Below are positions 31,293-41,494 of a stretch of 64,000 bases of DNA, piece by piece; positions within the stretch are counted from its first letter, which is position 1, and each line of letters begins with the position of its first letter. The DNA is from an uncultured Chryseobacterium sp. (GTDB lineage Bacteria; Bacteroidota; Bacteroidia; Flavobacteriales; Weeksellaceae). The notes under the pieces were generated by a model. That model was not told the origin of the DNA. It did no database searches and was given only the letters and a program-made list of their open reading frames with translations. The DNA lies in the NCBI GenBank assembly GCA_963518055.1, contig CAUQIC010000023.1, forward strand, positions 35-64,034, read 5' to 3'. A program made the position numbers and the translations under genes.

Positions 31293-31426
31293 TTATAATT
31301 TCACGCTCAACTCCTGAACTTCTTCTGTTGAAAAACCAAATATCTGAGGTGTTTTTACGTCCAGCAAATTCATATATATGCCCTGTGATGAATTTCGTGT
31401 TCTACCATAGCACGAAGACATTTCCA
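31293..31426 (-). repeat. Degenerate second copy of the 3' end of the DinB-family gene (direct repeat of 36306..36452)
   Basis: TTCACGCTCAACTCCTGAACTTCTTCTG...GCCCTGTGATGAATTTCGTGTTCTACCATAGC is shared; small deletions in this copy. Confidence 0.9.
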
Positions 31427-31505
31427 AAAAGAAAACAAAATGAACAACACCGAATTAGCAAAATATTTTAAAATAAGCCGGAGTAGCTAAATGGGAAAAA
31501 AAAAT
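31422..31505 (+). pseudogene. Frameshifted fragment of an HTH gene homologous to 4108..4449
   Basis: FQKENKMNNTELAKYFKISRS / VAKWEKK versus YQVKNGLNNRELASHFMMSRNTIAKWKK. Confidence 0.7.
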
Positions 31506-31909
31506 CATCCGAATTATGGTAGTATACAATCAAAAGATTTCCAACTACAATTAAAACAACCGGTCCCACAAAACCTAAACGCAGGGAATAGCAAGCATTC
31601 AAATGACGCTATGTCTGATTCTGACATCTGCAGTTTCACTATTCCAAATAAAGATATTGATTTTTGATTTTTTCTGATGTCAATATTCAGTTAGCAAACC
31701 TCAGTTGCAGTTTTTTATATATACCATTTAAAAAATTTAGTAAAATGTGAAGATCTAAATTGATCTATCAGAACACAGTAATTTTGAAGGCTTTGCAATG
31801 GTAGAATATAAAACTAAGTTAGGGATATTCAGTAAATATTAGAAAAATGGTGATCGAAATAATTTCGGTCACCATTTTATCAATTGCTCTGATCCTGGAA
31901 TTCTTGTAG

Positions 31910-32314
31910 TTACTTTTGTTCGATTTGGGAAAACATATACTTAAATATTTTCCAATCTTCATTTTCAGATTCTCTTGTAAGAACAAATAGTTCCCTGAAA
32001 TAGGCTTTTTCAATGGCTCCGCTTGCCAATATCTCCACTTCTGCAGGTTCTTCACTACGTACAATAGCAACGTTAGCAAATACATTTACATCTGTAATAT
32101 TGAGATCTCCATGCATTTTGATTGATGCAAAAGTTTCGTTATAAAAATCCTCGATATCTATTTTATTCGATAACGAAGCCTTAGCTTCAGGAATTATTTC
32201 AGCATTGGAAGCATAAAGCTTCAGAATTTCGGATACATTCCCTCCTTGTAAATTGTTAATATAGGTCTTAATAAGATCTATCGCATTGTTTTTTGATACT
32301 TCTAAGTTAGTCAT
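31910..32314 (-). CDS. SnoaL/NTF2-like (YybH-type) protein, cytoplasmic
   Basis: ILKLYASNAEIIP...FRELFVL...WKIFKYMFS. Confidence 0.8.
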   Translation of the reverse strand: MTNLEVSKNNAIDLIKTYINNLQGGNVSEILKLYASNAEIIPEAKASLSNKIDIEDFYNETFASIKMHGDLNITDVNVFANVAIVRSEEPAEVEILASGAIEKAYFRELFVLTRESENEDWKIFKYMFSQIEQK

Positions 32315-32399
32315 CTTTAATTATTATTAAAATTTATTTATATTTTAAAATGTTATCCCCTATGAAAGTAATAATATGGAATAATTTTCCTTATCTATA

Positions 32400-32901
32400 T
32401 GTGTGATACAAATCGGCAATATTTTATTGAAAACCAACAACAGAAACAGCAGTATCCAAACCAGCTATGTAAGTCCTAATATTCAAACCATTAGAAAAGA
32501 TGGTCGGGATTTTATCTACTTTAATATCTTGTAATCCAGGTACTATATTTTTTTTCTTTACAAATAGTTACCCATAGTTACATCCAACGAAGGAGTACTT
32601 TTTGGTGAATAGTTTCAGTATATACCATTCCGCTTCCAGTGGTCAAAACTTGCATACCTCCAGCTTTCATCCTTCCATTTTCCCATCTATTAACAAGGAA
32701 ACTATTTCAAAGCCAGCATGTGGATACGCTCCTTCAACAGAATAATCATTCGATTTGTCCAAAAATCATCCATCAATATAATGAAAGCATCATTTTTGAC
32801 AAGCCCTACCTATATTCACCCTCTTGAGATATTATCTGGTCGATAAAACCTTGATGTCCTTTGGCTTGGTAGATATCTGTTATTTTTCTTTGTATAGCCA
32901 T
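32400..32901 (-). pseudogene. Pirin-family pseudogene (3' limit approximate)
   Basis: Hand translation from ATG 32901 (MAIQRKITDIY) gives YPHAGFEIVSLLIDG and MKAGGMQVLTTGSGMVYTE in different frames, with stops. Confidence 0.7.
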
Positions 32902-32928
32902 TTTATTATTTTTTTGAAAAATATGGCA

Positions 32929-33423
32929 TTAAGATTGAGATTTGTTCTGAGAGAACATATATTTTTGAATTTTCCATTTCTTGGTTTTCGGATTACGAAC
33001 TAATATAAAAAGCTCTCGGAAGTAGGATTTTTCACGAGTTGAATTTTCCAAAATTTCTACCACAGCAGGTTGTTCACAACGAACAATGGCAAGGTTTCCG
33101 TAGAGTTTAACTTCTTTTATATTAAACGTCCCACCGATTTTTATAGTGCTAAATGTTTCTTCATAAAACTTTTTAATAGATTTTGTTCCCGATAACGAGG
33201 GTAATCCGTCCGGGATAATTTCAGCATCTGGTAGATAAAGTTTCAGAATTTCGATTACATTACCTTCTTGAAGAATTTTCCCATAGTTTAGAATGACATT
33301 GGAAACCTCTTTTTCGCTCAATTCATTATTTCGAACTGGGCTCACCTCTTTTTGTCCAAAAACTAACATTGGTAGCAATGCAAAAACAATGAGTTGAATT
33401 GTTTTTTTAAAAAATGTAGTCAT
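32929..33423 (-). CDS. SnoaL/NTF2-like protein with signal peptide, paralog of 31910..32314
   Basis: MTTFFKKTIQLIVFALLPMLVFGQ signal; ILKLYLPDAEIIP...FRELFIL...WKIQKYMFS. Confidence 0.75.
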   Translation of the reverse strand: MTTFFKKTIQLIVFALLPMLVFGQKEVSPVRNNELSEKEVSNVILNYGKILQEGNVIEILKLYLPDAEIIPDGLPSLSGTKSIKKFYEETFSTIKIGGTFNIKEVKLYGNLAIVRCEQPAVVEILENSTREKSYFRELFILVRNPKTKKWKIQKYMFSQNKSQS

Positions 33424-33588
33424 CTCTATTTTCGAAATAGATTCTACAGGGAAAATCATTTGGTCTTCCTGATCGATTAATACCAATGTGTGATCTCCTG
33501 GATTTAATAATTCCGGAGTTGAGTACGCGAAGTTATTAAAGCGTTCTTGGTAATTATTGTTTGGGATTTTTACGTCTAAGTTGCTCAT
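33424..33588 (-). pseudogene. N-terminal relic of an isochorismatase/YcaC-like hydrolase, in frame with the next gene
   Basis: LLNPGDHTLVLIDQEDQMIFPVESI, then an abrupt switch to a signal peptide. Confidence 0.6.
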
Positions 33589-33693
33589 AATAATAAAACT
33601 TAAATTGTGGGTTTTGTGAGTGCTAAATATGTTATTTTATTCTCACGTCATTTAAAAAATTGCTGTTTAAAAATTGTTTTTTCTAAAACTGAA

Positions 33694-34281
33694 TTACTTA
33701 TTCCGAAGATGAATTCTTTTTTTCATACGGCTCAAAAATTCAGGGGTCACCCCTAGATAGGAAGCAATAAATTTTTGCGAAATTCTGGTTTCTATACCTG
33801 GATATTTTTCAGTAAAAATTTGATACCTTTCTTCAATATTTAAGGAAATATTTTGTAAAATACGTTTCTGTTGTTCTACATATGTATTTTCAAGCATTTT
33901 CCTTGATAAGAAATTAAGCTTGGGGATGACCTCATATCTTAAATCATATTGCTTCCTATCGAACTGTATCAGTTCAGTTTTTTCTAAAGCCTGAATAGTA
34001 TATATAGCTGGCAATTGAGCAAGAAAGCTATACATGTCTGTAGCCCACCAATTTTCTACTGAAAAGTATAAAATATGCTCCTTACCATCTTCATCAAAAC
34101 TAGAAATTTTCAAACAGCCTCTTACAACAAAACTATCATACAAACATATTTCTCCTTCTTTTAAAACATAATCACGTTTATTAACAGTCTTAAACCTTAC
34201 CATTAATTTCAAAAGTTCAATTTCTTTATCCGTTAAGGTAATGTATTTAGAAAAATGATTGACAAGTGGTGAAATATCCAT
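33694..34281 (-). CDS. Crp/Fnr-family regulator
   Basis: LKEGEIC..FVVRGCL; ERYQIF..IASYLGVTPEFLSR. Confidence 0.9.
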   Translation of the reverse strand: MDISPLVNHFSKYITLTDKEIELLKLMVRFKTVNKRDYVLKEGEICLYDSFVVRGCLKISSFDEDGKEHILYFSVENWWATDMYSFLAQLPAIYTIQALEKTELIQFDRKQYDLRYEVIPKLNFLSRKMLENTYVEQQKRILQNISLNIEERYQIFTEKYPGIETRISQKFIASYLGVTPEFLSRMKKRIHLRNK

Positions 34282-34464
34282 TACTTAAATTTCTTATAGC
34301 AAATTTGATATTTTTTTGAGAAAATAAAAATGATCCAGATTAAGATTTTACGTTGTTCTCAAAAAAATAATTCAGATATCTTTTTCACTTTGTTAATTGG
34401 AGGAGTTATAAAAAATAAAACGACCATAAATTAATTATTTACAGCCGTTATTTTTAAATTACAT

Positions 34465-36234
34465 TTATGATTTTTGTTTTCGGATTTCATATACTTTCTT
34501 TAGGTACACATCCGTTTGGTCTAAAAATTCCTGATTAGTCTCTTGAATTTGGATATGCGGGATAATTCCTTGCCCTTTTTTCTGATCCGGAAGATTCTGA
34601 GCATCCTGAATAACATGCACAATAGAAAAGCCTGTTTGTAAACCAGTATTAGGTAATTCATATAGTAGCGGAAAGTGACCATTATGCTCATAATATCCTC
34701 CAACAGTTTCCTTTCCTATAACAATAGCGTTTGTATAAGATTTTATTAAAGAAGCCAGATGTGATCCTGCAGAAGCAACATTTTCATCTACAAACAAATA
34801 AAGCTGTCCTTTGAATATTTTTTCATTCGGTGCAATTAATTGATTTTTATCATCAGACCAGTAAAATTTGCCCTGACTACCTTTTGGATATTGTTCTTTC
34901 AGATAGATATTAAGTCCAGTTTTATCTTTAACTCCATTTGACAGAAAAAGAGGGGTAATCACTAACCTTTCGGCCATAGGAACTTCATTAAATTTAGAAT
35001 ATGCATACTGACTGTCACGGAAAGGTCTTTGAGTAAGATAGGTAAATACTTTTTCATACAACTCTCCTGTTCCTCCTGGATTTCCTCGTAAATCAATGAT
35101 TAGATCCGTAATTTTTTCTTTCTCCAAAGTGTTCATCATATGATCAAGAAAATCACTAAACTTTTTATATGCCGGATCTTCTGCTCCGGTTGCAAAATCA
35201 AATGATCTTATTGATAAACGATACATATTTTCATCAATTTTGTCTAGATTATATTTCTCAGAGAATACTTTTTTAGAAGAAAGTGAATATCTTGATTCCT
35301 GAAGTTTTTTTTGATTCTCTAATGAGAGCCCTGACAAAGTAGTTTGATGTATCTTTCCATTTAACTGATAAACAATGTCATATTTTCTGTGCGTTCCAAA
35401 TTCCACATAAAACTTATCCAACATTCCTTTTTCGAATCCTGCAGTTTGTTTATAGGGCATAGAAAAGCCATCGGATGAATAATATACGGACAGACGGCTA
35501 ATAATTTCTTTGGCAGGAATACCATTAATAGACAAAATTTCGGCTGCAAGCGGAATCACAATATTCTTTGAATTCTGCAACAGATGCCCATCAATATTCT
35601 TAAGCGTAATAGGCAAGTATTCAGATTTCTGAGTTAAATAATAAGAGGCATGATTAGGAAGGTTCGTAAAATTATGACAACTTCCTTCAAAATCAGTAAG
35701 TTTAGTTATTATTTTATAAAAATCAAACAAACTTTTACTATTCCTAACTTCTACCTCTGCCCAATTATAAATACTATCAATCTGCTTTTTAGTTCTATAA
35801 ACATATAATCCTGAATTTGCCTGTTCTCTAATAGAGCGGAAAGTATGGAGGTCTTCCAAAAACTGATTAGCACTAAATTGATCATTCAAAGGCGATATGC
35901 TTCTAGATTCCGTAATTAAAACCTGAGCTGCTTTACTTTTTTCAACGTAAGATTTAGCCCAAATTTTGAGTTGATATTTTTTCCCCTTCTCCGGGGTATA
36001 AAATAGTCGTTCAGTACTTTTTATACCTCTGGAATCATCTTGTTCTTTTATTTTTTTTCCATTGATAAATAAAGAGGCTGCCAAATTTGCATCATTAGAC
36101 TGAATGGAGATCCATGCAGCTCGTTGAGAATGTGGTAAATATTCCAGAGTATCTCCTGCTTTTAAATCTGAATAATTCTGCGCATATGCAGAACTCATCA
36201 ATAATAAACAAGAAAATATAAATAGTTTGGTCAT
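34465..36234 (-). CDS. S41-family peptidase, secreted
   Basis: Start at MTKLFIF (signal peptide); IIDLRGNPGG, VASAGS, IGKETVGG, GIIPHI. Confidence 0.85.
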   Translation of the reverse strand: MTKLFIFSCLLLMSSAYAQNYSDLKAGDTLEYLPHSQRAAWISIQSNDANLAASLFINGKKIKEQDDSRGIKSTERLFYTPEKGKKYQLKIWAKSYVEKSKAAQVLITESRSISPLNDQFSANQFLEDLHTFRSIREQANSGLYVYRTKKQIDSIYNWAEVEVRNSKSLFDFYKIITKLTDFEGSCHNFTNLPNHASYYLTQKSEYLPITLKNIDGHLLQNSKNIVIPLAAEILSINGIPAKEIISRLSVYYSSDGFSMPYKQTAGFEKGMLDKFYVEFGTHRKYDIVYQLNGKIHQTTLSGLSLENQKKLQESRYSLSSKKVFSEKYNLDKIDENMYRLSIRSFDFATGAEDPAYKKFSDFLDHMMNTLEKEKITDLIIDLRGNPGGTGELYEKVFTYLTQRPFRDSQYAYSKFNEVPMAERLVITPLFLSNGVKDKTGLNIYLKEQYPKGSQGKFYWSDDKNQLIAPNEKIFKGQLYLFVDENVASAGSHLASLIKSYTNAIVIGKETVGGYYEHNGHFPLLYELPNTGLQTGFSIVHVIQDAQNLPDQKKGQGIIPHIQIQETNQEFLDQTDVYLKKVYEIRKQKS

Positions 36235-36305
36235 TATTTTTTTAAAGCTAATATACACATTAGCCCTAAACGTTTTAATATTCAAAACCAATATTTTCTT
36301 GAATT

Positions 36306-36812
36306 TTATAACAACTTCACGCTCAACTCCTGAACTTCTTCTGCTGAAAAACCAAAGATCTGAGGTGTTTTTACGTCCAGCAAATTCAGATAAATATATA
36401 TTTCTGCCCTGTGATGAATTTCGTGTTCTACCATAGCCCGAAGCCATTTCCAGATGGAAATTTCATGATCTCCGGGAGTCCTGCATTTCCGGTTAAGATC
36501 TTCATCGGTAAGGGTATTAATAATTTCCATAGTCTGCTTGTGCATTTCATTGAAGAAGAGAACTGTATTTTCGTAGCCATCCGCCAGTTCTTTTCCACAA
36601 CCCGGATAAGCACTTTTTCTTCCTGAGATTGTCTCACCATACATGTACCGCTCAATAGTGGCTATGTGTCTGATCTGATCACCAATAGTAAATTTGCCCG
36701 GTTTATAGGCAAAGTCAATATGTTCAGGAGGAACAACTTCAATTAAGCGATTGGTTCTTGCCCGGATCCTTTCATAATAGTCAGCAAATGATTTCACAGA
36801 TTTTATTTCCAT
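36306..36812 (-). CDS. DinB/YfiT-family protein
   Basis: TIGDQIRHIA...MVEHEIHHRAEI metal-binding histidines. Confidence 0.87.
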   Translation of the reverse strand: MEIKSVKSFADYYERIRARTNRLIEVVPPEHIDFAYKPGKFTIGDQIRHIATIERYMYGETISGRKSAYPGCGKELADGYENTVLFFNEMHKQTMEIINTLTDEDLNRKCRTPGDHEISIWKWLRAMVEHEIHHRAEIYIYLNLLDVKTPQIFGFSAEEVQELSVKLL

Positions 36813-36997
36813 TTTGCTTAGCTTTTTATTGCATTAATTATGTTCAGTTCTTTTGAATTTCAATGCTGTGAATATAAGAAATCTTCGAACAGGATTATTT
36901 CAACTAAAGAAAAATTTATTCAAACCTCACAATCAGCCACCCTAAAAGTTGCATGCTTACCAAATAACTGATATTTTAGTTATAAAATTAATAATCC

Positions 36998-38137
36998 ATG
37001 AAAATCTGGCTCCCCCTGTTATTTTTACTGGGGTTTAAAAATGTAGCGGCACAGTCTATAAAAATTGACACTGAGAAACTGCTTGAGTACTATGAGACCC
37101 AGCGTTATGCAGATGCTGCCCGGTATTTACAAGGTGTATATCCTGCAGATACTCAAGACATAAAAGCGTTGACTCAAATAGCTTACTGCAATATGATGGC
37201 CGGCAAATTACCGGAAGCAGAGAAAAGCTACCTGAAAGCTAATGCTATTCAACCCGACAGTTTACCTATTTTATTTAGTCTGGCCAGCATCAATTCTAGA
37301 AGAGGCAATGTTTCACAGGCAAAATCTTATCTTCAAAAGATTATCAGGATCGACAGTCTTAATTTTAATGCTTACAAGCAACTGGTGGCATATGAGGACA
37401 GTCCGAAAGGCAGGTTGCAATATCTTAGAAAAGCCCATACACTCAACACTACGGATCCTGATGTCGCTTATGACCTTTCGATGGTTTATCGTGAACTCAA
37501 ACAATACCAACCGGCATATGATGTATTGAAAGCAGCAATTGCATCGGATCCGGAGAATTTCAGTCTTCAGCAGGCTCTTTTACCCTTGTCTAACCAATTG
37601 CTTAAATATGAAGAAGTTATTGAAATAGGTGAAAAGCTGTTGAAAAACCGTACTGATCCCAATGTAATGAACGACTTGGGGCAGGCTTATTTCTACGTAA
37701 AAGAGTACCGGAAATGTGTCAGCCTCTATAAAATACTGGAAGAACTGGGCATTCAGAATGAAGGGATCCTGTACTATATGACTTTGAGCTATCGGGAATT
37801 AAAGGATTATAATAATGCTGCCGGATACGCTCAAAAGACCATTGATGAGGCGATTTCGGACCACACTCCTCTTTATTATGCAGCACTTGCCGGTATTTAT
37901 GAAGATAAAAATCAATATAATGAAGCCGTAACAGCCTATAAAAGGGGACTCAGTTTTGGGAACAGCACCCTCATTTATTACCGTTTAGGACTTCTTTATG
38001 ATCTCCATTTGAAACAGTCTAAAAATGCAGTGACCTATTACCAGATGTATCTGAAAAATAAACCTGATCCGGAAAAAGAAAAGGAACAGATTGATTATGC
38101 TAAAGGTAGAATGACGGCTTTGGCTACGCTGAAATAA
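36998..38137 (+). CDS. Secreted TPR protein
   Basis: Signal peptide and repeated TPR-like helices. Confidence 0.82.
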   Translation: MKIWLPLLFLLGFKNVAAQSIKIDTEKLLEYYETQRYADAARYLQGVYPADTQDIKALTQIAYCNMMAGKLPEAEKSYLKANAIQPDSLPILFSLASINSRRGNVSQAKSYLQKIIRIDSLNFNAYKQLVAYEDSPKGRLQYLRKAHTLNTTDPDVAYDLSMVYRELKQYQPAYDVLKAAIASDPENFSLQQALLPLSNQLLKYEEVIEIGEKLLKNRTDPNVMNDLGQAYFYVKEYRKCVSLYKILEELGIQNEGILYYMTLSYRELKDYNNAAGYAQKTIDEAISDHTPLYYAALAGIYEDKNQYNEAVTAYKRGLSFGNSTLIYYRLGLLYDLHLKQSKNAVTYYQMYLKNKPDPEKEKEQIDYAKGRMTALATLK

Positions 38138-38325
38138 GGGCAATTACAGACTAATAGCCGAGATAGAGCTTACCATTTAAAATATTATTAGAGAAAACAG
38201 TTATCAATTATCTTATTTTATACATATCCATCAATCACTTAAAGCTATTCTGGGTTTATGTGATTATAGTCACAACCGGAATACCTTCTGATTACCTAAT
38301 TTTGTTTCATTAAAAAACAATATTT

Positions 38326-38661
38326 ATGAACAATACCACCGAAAATATTGCAGAACTGTTTATTCAATACTTAAATGAAGAAGATTTTGAGAAAGCAGAG
38401 CGCTGTCTCGATCCTGATTTTAAATTCATTGGTGTATTAGGCAGCAGAGAAAATGCATCCACGTATATTAATGATATGAAAAAGATGAAATTCAAATATG
38501 AGATTCTTCAGACCTTTACAGCAGGAGAAGATGTCTGCATCTGGTATCATATTGATATGGGAAAAAAAATCATACTTGCCTCAGGGTGGTATCATATCAT
38601 CGAAGGAAAAATTCATTCATTCAAAGTTTTATTTGATCCGAGGCCATTATTGAACGATTAA
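38326..38661 (+). CDS. SnoaL/NTF2-like protein
   Basis: FIQYLNEEDF..LDPDFKF..GKIHSFKVLFDPR. Confidence 0.75.
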   Translation: MNNTTENIAELFIQYLNEEDFEKAERCLDPDFKFIGVLGSRENASTYINDMKKMKFKYEILQTFTAGEDVCIWYHIDMGKKIILASGWYHIIEGKIHSFKVLFDPRPLLND

Positions 38662-38802
38662 TATTTTAAATAGATATCCTTCCCCCCTCATCCACAGAAT
38701 AAGTGAAGGATACATACTCTCTATCTGATCTATAGAGGTTTTATAATGGGGAAATCGTAAGGTATAGCTATCTTTAGGGGCCGGAATTTTCGGGATATAA
38801 AA

Positions 38803-39762
38803 ATGATTAAGATGAGACAGTCAGGAATTCAAGAATTACATAACGAACAGGATTTTAAAGATTTTTATCTGGATGATCCCTCTGTATCTTTTTGTGAAGA
38901 CTGCAACAATCTTATGGCTTCTCCCGAAAGTGGATTTCTTGAAATTGCGAAACTGGAAGATCTGAAAAAGGGACAAAAGGCCATTGAAGGAAAACAAACC
39001 AGGCGGAAATTTTACAGCATTATCCTCCTTACAGAGGGAGAAATAAAAGAGACGATTGGTCATCATCTGTATCATTTTCTGCCCGGAACCTTATATTTTA
39101 TCGGAGAAAACCAATTGCATTCTGTGGAGCACTGGAGTGAGGATGTAAAAGGCATTTTTTGCATGTTTGATGCAGATTATTTTTTGCTTTGTATTAAACA
39201 TCAGATCAAACTCAATCAATTTCCTTTCTTTCAAATAAATAAGGAACCTTTCATCAAGCTTTCAGAAATGGAAATCCAGATGATGGAACATCTGTTTTGG
39301 AAATTAAATAGTGAAAAATGTCAAAAAGCTTCCCTCAACGATGACCTTCTTACCCGTATGTTTCTAAACGTCATCCTCCTGGAGGCAGAACGTATCTATA
39401 ACAAAAAAACTTCTGCAGGTGCATTTTCATTATCCAGAAAAGATCAACTGGCCGCCCAATTTCAATTATTGGTTACCCAACATTTTATAAAGAAAAAACT
39501 GGTCACAGAGTATGCTGATCTGTTACATATTCATCCTAATCATCTGAATGATGTTATTAAGGAAACAACGGGATTTCCTGCCAGTCATTTTATTCAGAAA
39601 CAATTAATCCAGGAGGCTAAGTCGCGCCTTATTCAGACCAGCAGTACTGTTTCTATGATCGCCATGGAACTCAACTTCACTGATGAGTCTTATTTTGGCC
39701 GTTTTTTTAAGAAACAAACAGGAGTAACCCCTCTTCAGTATAGGAGAAACCATAAACATTGA
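38803..39762 (+). CDS. AraC-family regulator
   Basis: YADLLHIHPNHLN...LNFTDESYFGRFFKK. Confidence 0.9.
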   Translation: MIKMRQSGIQELHNEQDFKDFYLDDPSVSFCEDCNNLMASPESGFLEIAKLEDLKKGQKAIEGKQTRRKFYSIILLTEGEIKETIGHHLYHFLPGTLYFIGENQLHSVEHWSEDVKGIFCMFDADYFLLCIKHQIKLNQFPFFQINKEPFIKLSEMEIQMMEHLFWKLNSEKCQKASLNDDLLTRMFLNVILLEAERIYNKKTSAGAFSLSRKDQLAAQFQLLVTQHFIKKKLVTEYADLLHIHPNHLNDVIKETTGFPASHFIQKQLIQEAKSRLIQTSSTVSMIAMELNFTDESYFGRFFKKQTGVTPLQYRRNHKH

Positions 39763-39870
39763 TGAATCCTTATGATAACTCATTCATCAATCATTGATTA
39801 ACACATTGATTAACATGTCCCCAATTATAAATGCTGATCGTCATTACAATAGATAACAAAAAAATTTATC

Positions 39871-40206
39871 ATGAAAGAATTTGCACTCATTTTTAGATTA
39901 AAAGACATTTCAGATTTTAAACCCACCCCGGAACAAATTCAGGAACGAATGAACTGGTTGGGAGGTATCGCTGCCCAAAATAAATTGGTTGACAAAGGAA
40001 ATACGCTTTTGCCGGCACCGGGAGCCGCAAAAACCGTACACCCTAATAATATGGTCACCGATGGGCCGTACACTGAGATCAAAGAGTTTATCAGCGGATA
40101 TATCATTGTAAGAGCAGAATCCATTGATGAAGCAGTAGAAATGGCAAAGGGAAATCCTATTTTTAAAATCGGAGGAAATATTGAGGTTCGCGAAATTATG
40201 AAATAA
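39871..40206 (+). CDS. YciI/DGPF-family protein
   Basis: VTDGPYTEIKEFISGY..IEVR. Confidence 0.88.
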   Translation: MKEFALIFRLKDISDFKPTPEQIQERMNWLGGIAAQNKLVDKGNTLLPAPGAAKTVHPNNMVTDGPYTEIKEFISGYIIVRAESIDEAVEMAKGNPIFKIGGNIEVREIMK

Positions 40207-40320
40207 ATGAAAAACGGGGAGAGAAAAATCGAAAATAGGATCACCTCTCCCCTACAATACATCCAAACGTTTTACAGTATACCAGATCGGGCAAATACAC
40301 ACCTCTTCCCTTAATTTCGT

Positions 40321-40370
40321 CTTCCAACTCTCAACTCTCAACTTTCAACTTTCAATTTTCAATTTTCAAT
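40321..40370. repeat. Heptamer tandem repeat (TTTCAAC-like)
   Basis: TCCAAC TCTCAAC TCTCAAC TTTCAAC TTTCAAT TTTCAAT TTTCAAT. Confidence 0.8.
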
Positions 40371-40467
40371 TAAATAAATTTCTTTGATCTGTCCCATTTT
40401 CGCTCGGGTTTGTGTCAACTATTGTCTATTGAGCCTCTCTAATTTTGTATCAATAAATTTTATAACA

Positions 40468-40767
40468 ATGACAGAAAGAAATCAAAGCGTACAGGAAATT
40501 GAATCACTAATGCTCTTTCAGTTTTATGCAGAATGGTGCCATCCATGCAAAATGATGATGCCGGTAGTAAACACCTTAAAAGTGAAACTGGAGGATTGGC
40601 TGAATGTACATCAGGTTGACGTTGACACTCAACAGGAATTGGCTGTTAAATATGGAATAAGATCGGTGCCCACGTTTGTTGTATTAAAAAATAATATGGA
40701 GGTATGGCGCAGCTCAGGGGTCCTTTCAGAATCTGCTCTTGAACAGATCTTAACCAGTTTGAGATAG
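40468..40767 (+). CDS. Thioredoxin family protein
   Basis: FYAEWCHPCK, IRSVPT; start MTERNQ. Confidence 0.9.
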   Translation: MTERNQSVQEIESLMLFQFYAEWCHPCKMMMPVVNTLKVKLEDWLNVHQVDVDTQQELAVKYGIRSVPTFVVLKNNMEVWRSSGVLSESALEQILTSLR

Positions 40768-40772
40768 AGATT

Positions 40773-41261
40773 ATGAATGTAGTAATTGAAGCAGTGTTAC
40801 TGGGGGTGGGAGCAACAATTTTCATGGATATGTTTGCGCTTCTTATCAAAAAATTATGGGGGATTCCTTCTTTAGACTACCGTATCCTTGGACGTTGGAT
40901 CGGGCACTTTAAAAATGGTGTATTCACCCATCCTACTATTATACAGGCTACTCCTATTCAAGGTGAAAAAGCGATCGGGTGGATCGCTCATTATTCTATA
41001 GGAATTTTCTTTGCTTATGTATTGCTATTTATATGGGGGGAAAACTGGCTGGAAAACCCAACGACTTTTCCTGCAGTTTTTATAGGTCTTACCACCACTC
41101 TTGCCCCATGGTTCATGATGCAGCCTGCCTTTGGATTTGGTATTGCCGCTTCCAGACTTCCTAATCCCACGATAGCAAGACTTCGAAGCTTACAGGCCCA
41201 TTTTATCTATGGAATCGGGTTGTATCTATCAGCATTATTAATTTCTATTCTATTTAAATAA
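40773..41261 (+). CDS. DUF2938-like membrane protein
   Basis: GVGATIFMD, LGRWIGH, GWIAHY, MQPAFGFG, AHFIYGIG. Confidence 0.8.
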   Translation: MNVVIEAVLLGVGATIFMDMFALLIKKLWGIPSLDYRILGRWIGHFKNGVFTHPTIIQATPIQGEKAIGWIAHYSIGIFFAYVLLFIWGENWLENPTTFPAVFIGLTTTLAPWFMMQPAFGFGIAASRLPNPTIARLRSLQAHFIYGIGLYLSALLISILFK

Positions 41262-41290
41262 TTCTTGTGGGGTATAATGAAAATAAATCT

Positions 41291-41317
41291 GAACCGGACT
41301 TCTGCCCGGTTCTTTTT
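41291..41317 (+). terminator. Intrinsic terminator
   Basis: GAACCGG/CCGGTTC stem then TTTTT. Confidence 0.75.
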
Positions 41318-41401
41318 ATTGTATGGAGAAGCAAACTCTCTTTTTGCATGTTTGTTTATTTAATTCTGTAAATCAAAAGAGAAACAAATTTTATTTTACC
41401 A

Positions 41402-41494
41402 TTTCCAACTTCCATCCTCAGCTTCCACTTTCAACTTTCAATTCCCCATTCCCCATTCCTCATTTTCAACTTTCAACTTTCAATTTTCAACTCT
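41402..41494. repeat. Degenerate heptamer tandem repeat (TTTCAAC/TCCCCAT)
   Basis: About 13 units with 7-bp periodicity. Confidence 0.75.

Noticed and set aside
36235..36447. 71-aa N-terminal extension of the S41 peptidase
   Set aside because: Overlaps the DinB gene in another frame; the signal peptide begins at Met 36234.
40321..41494. CRISPR array
   Set aside because: Short 7-bp tandem units with no spacers and no cas genes; no CRISPR seen anywhere in the window.
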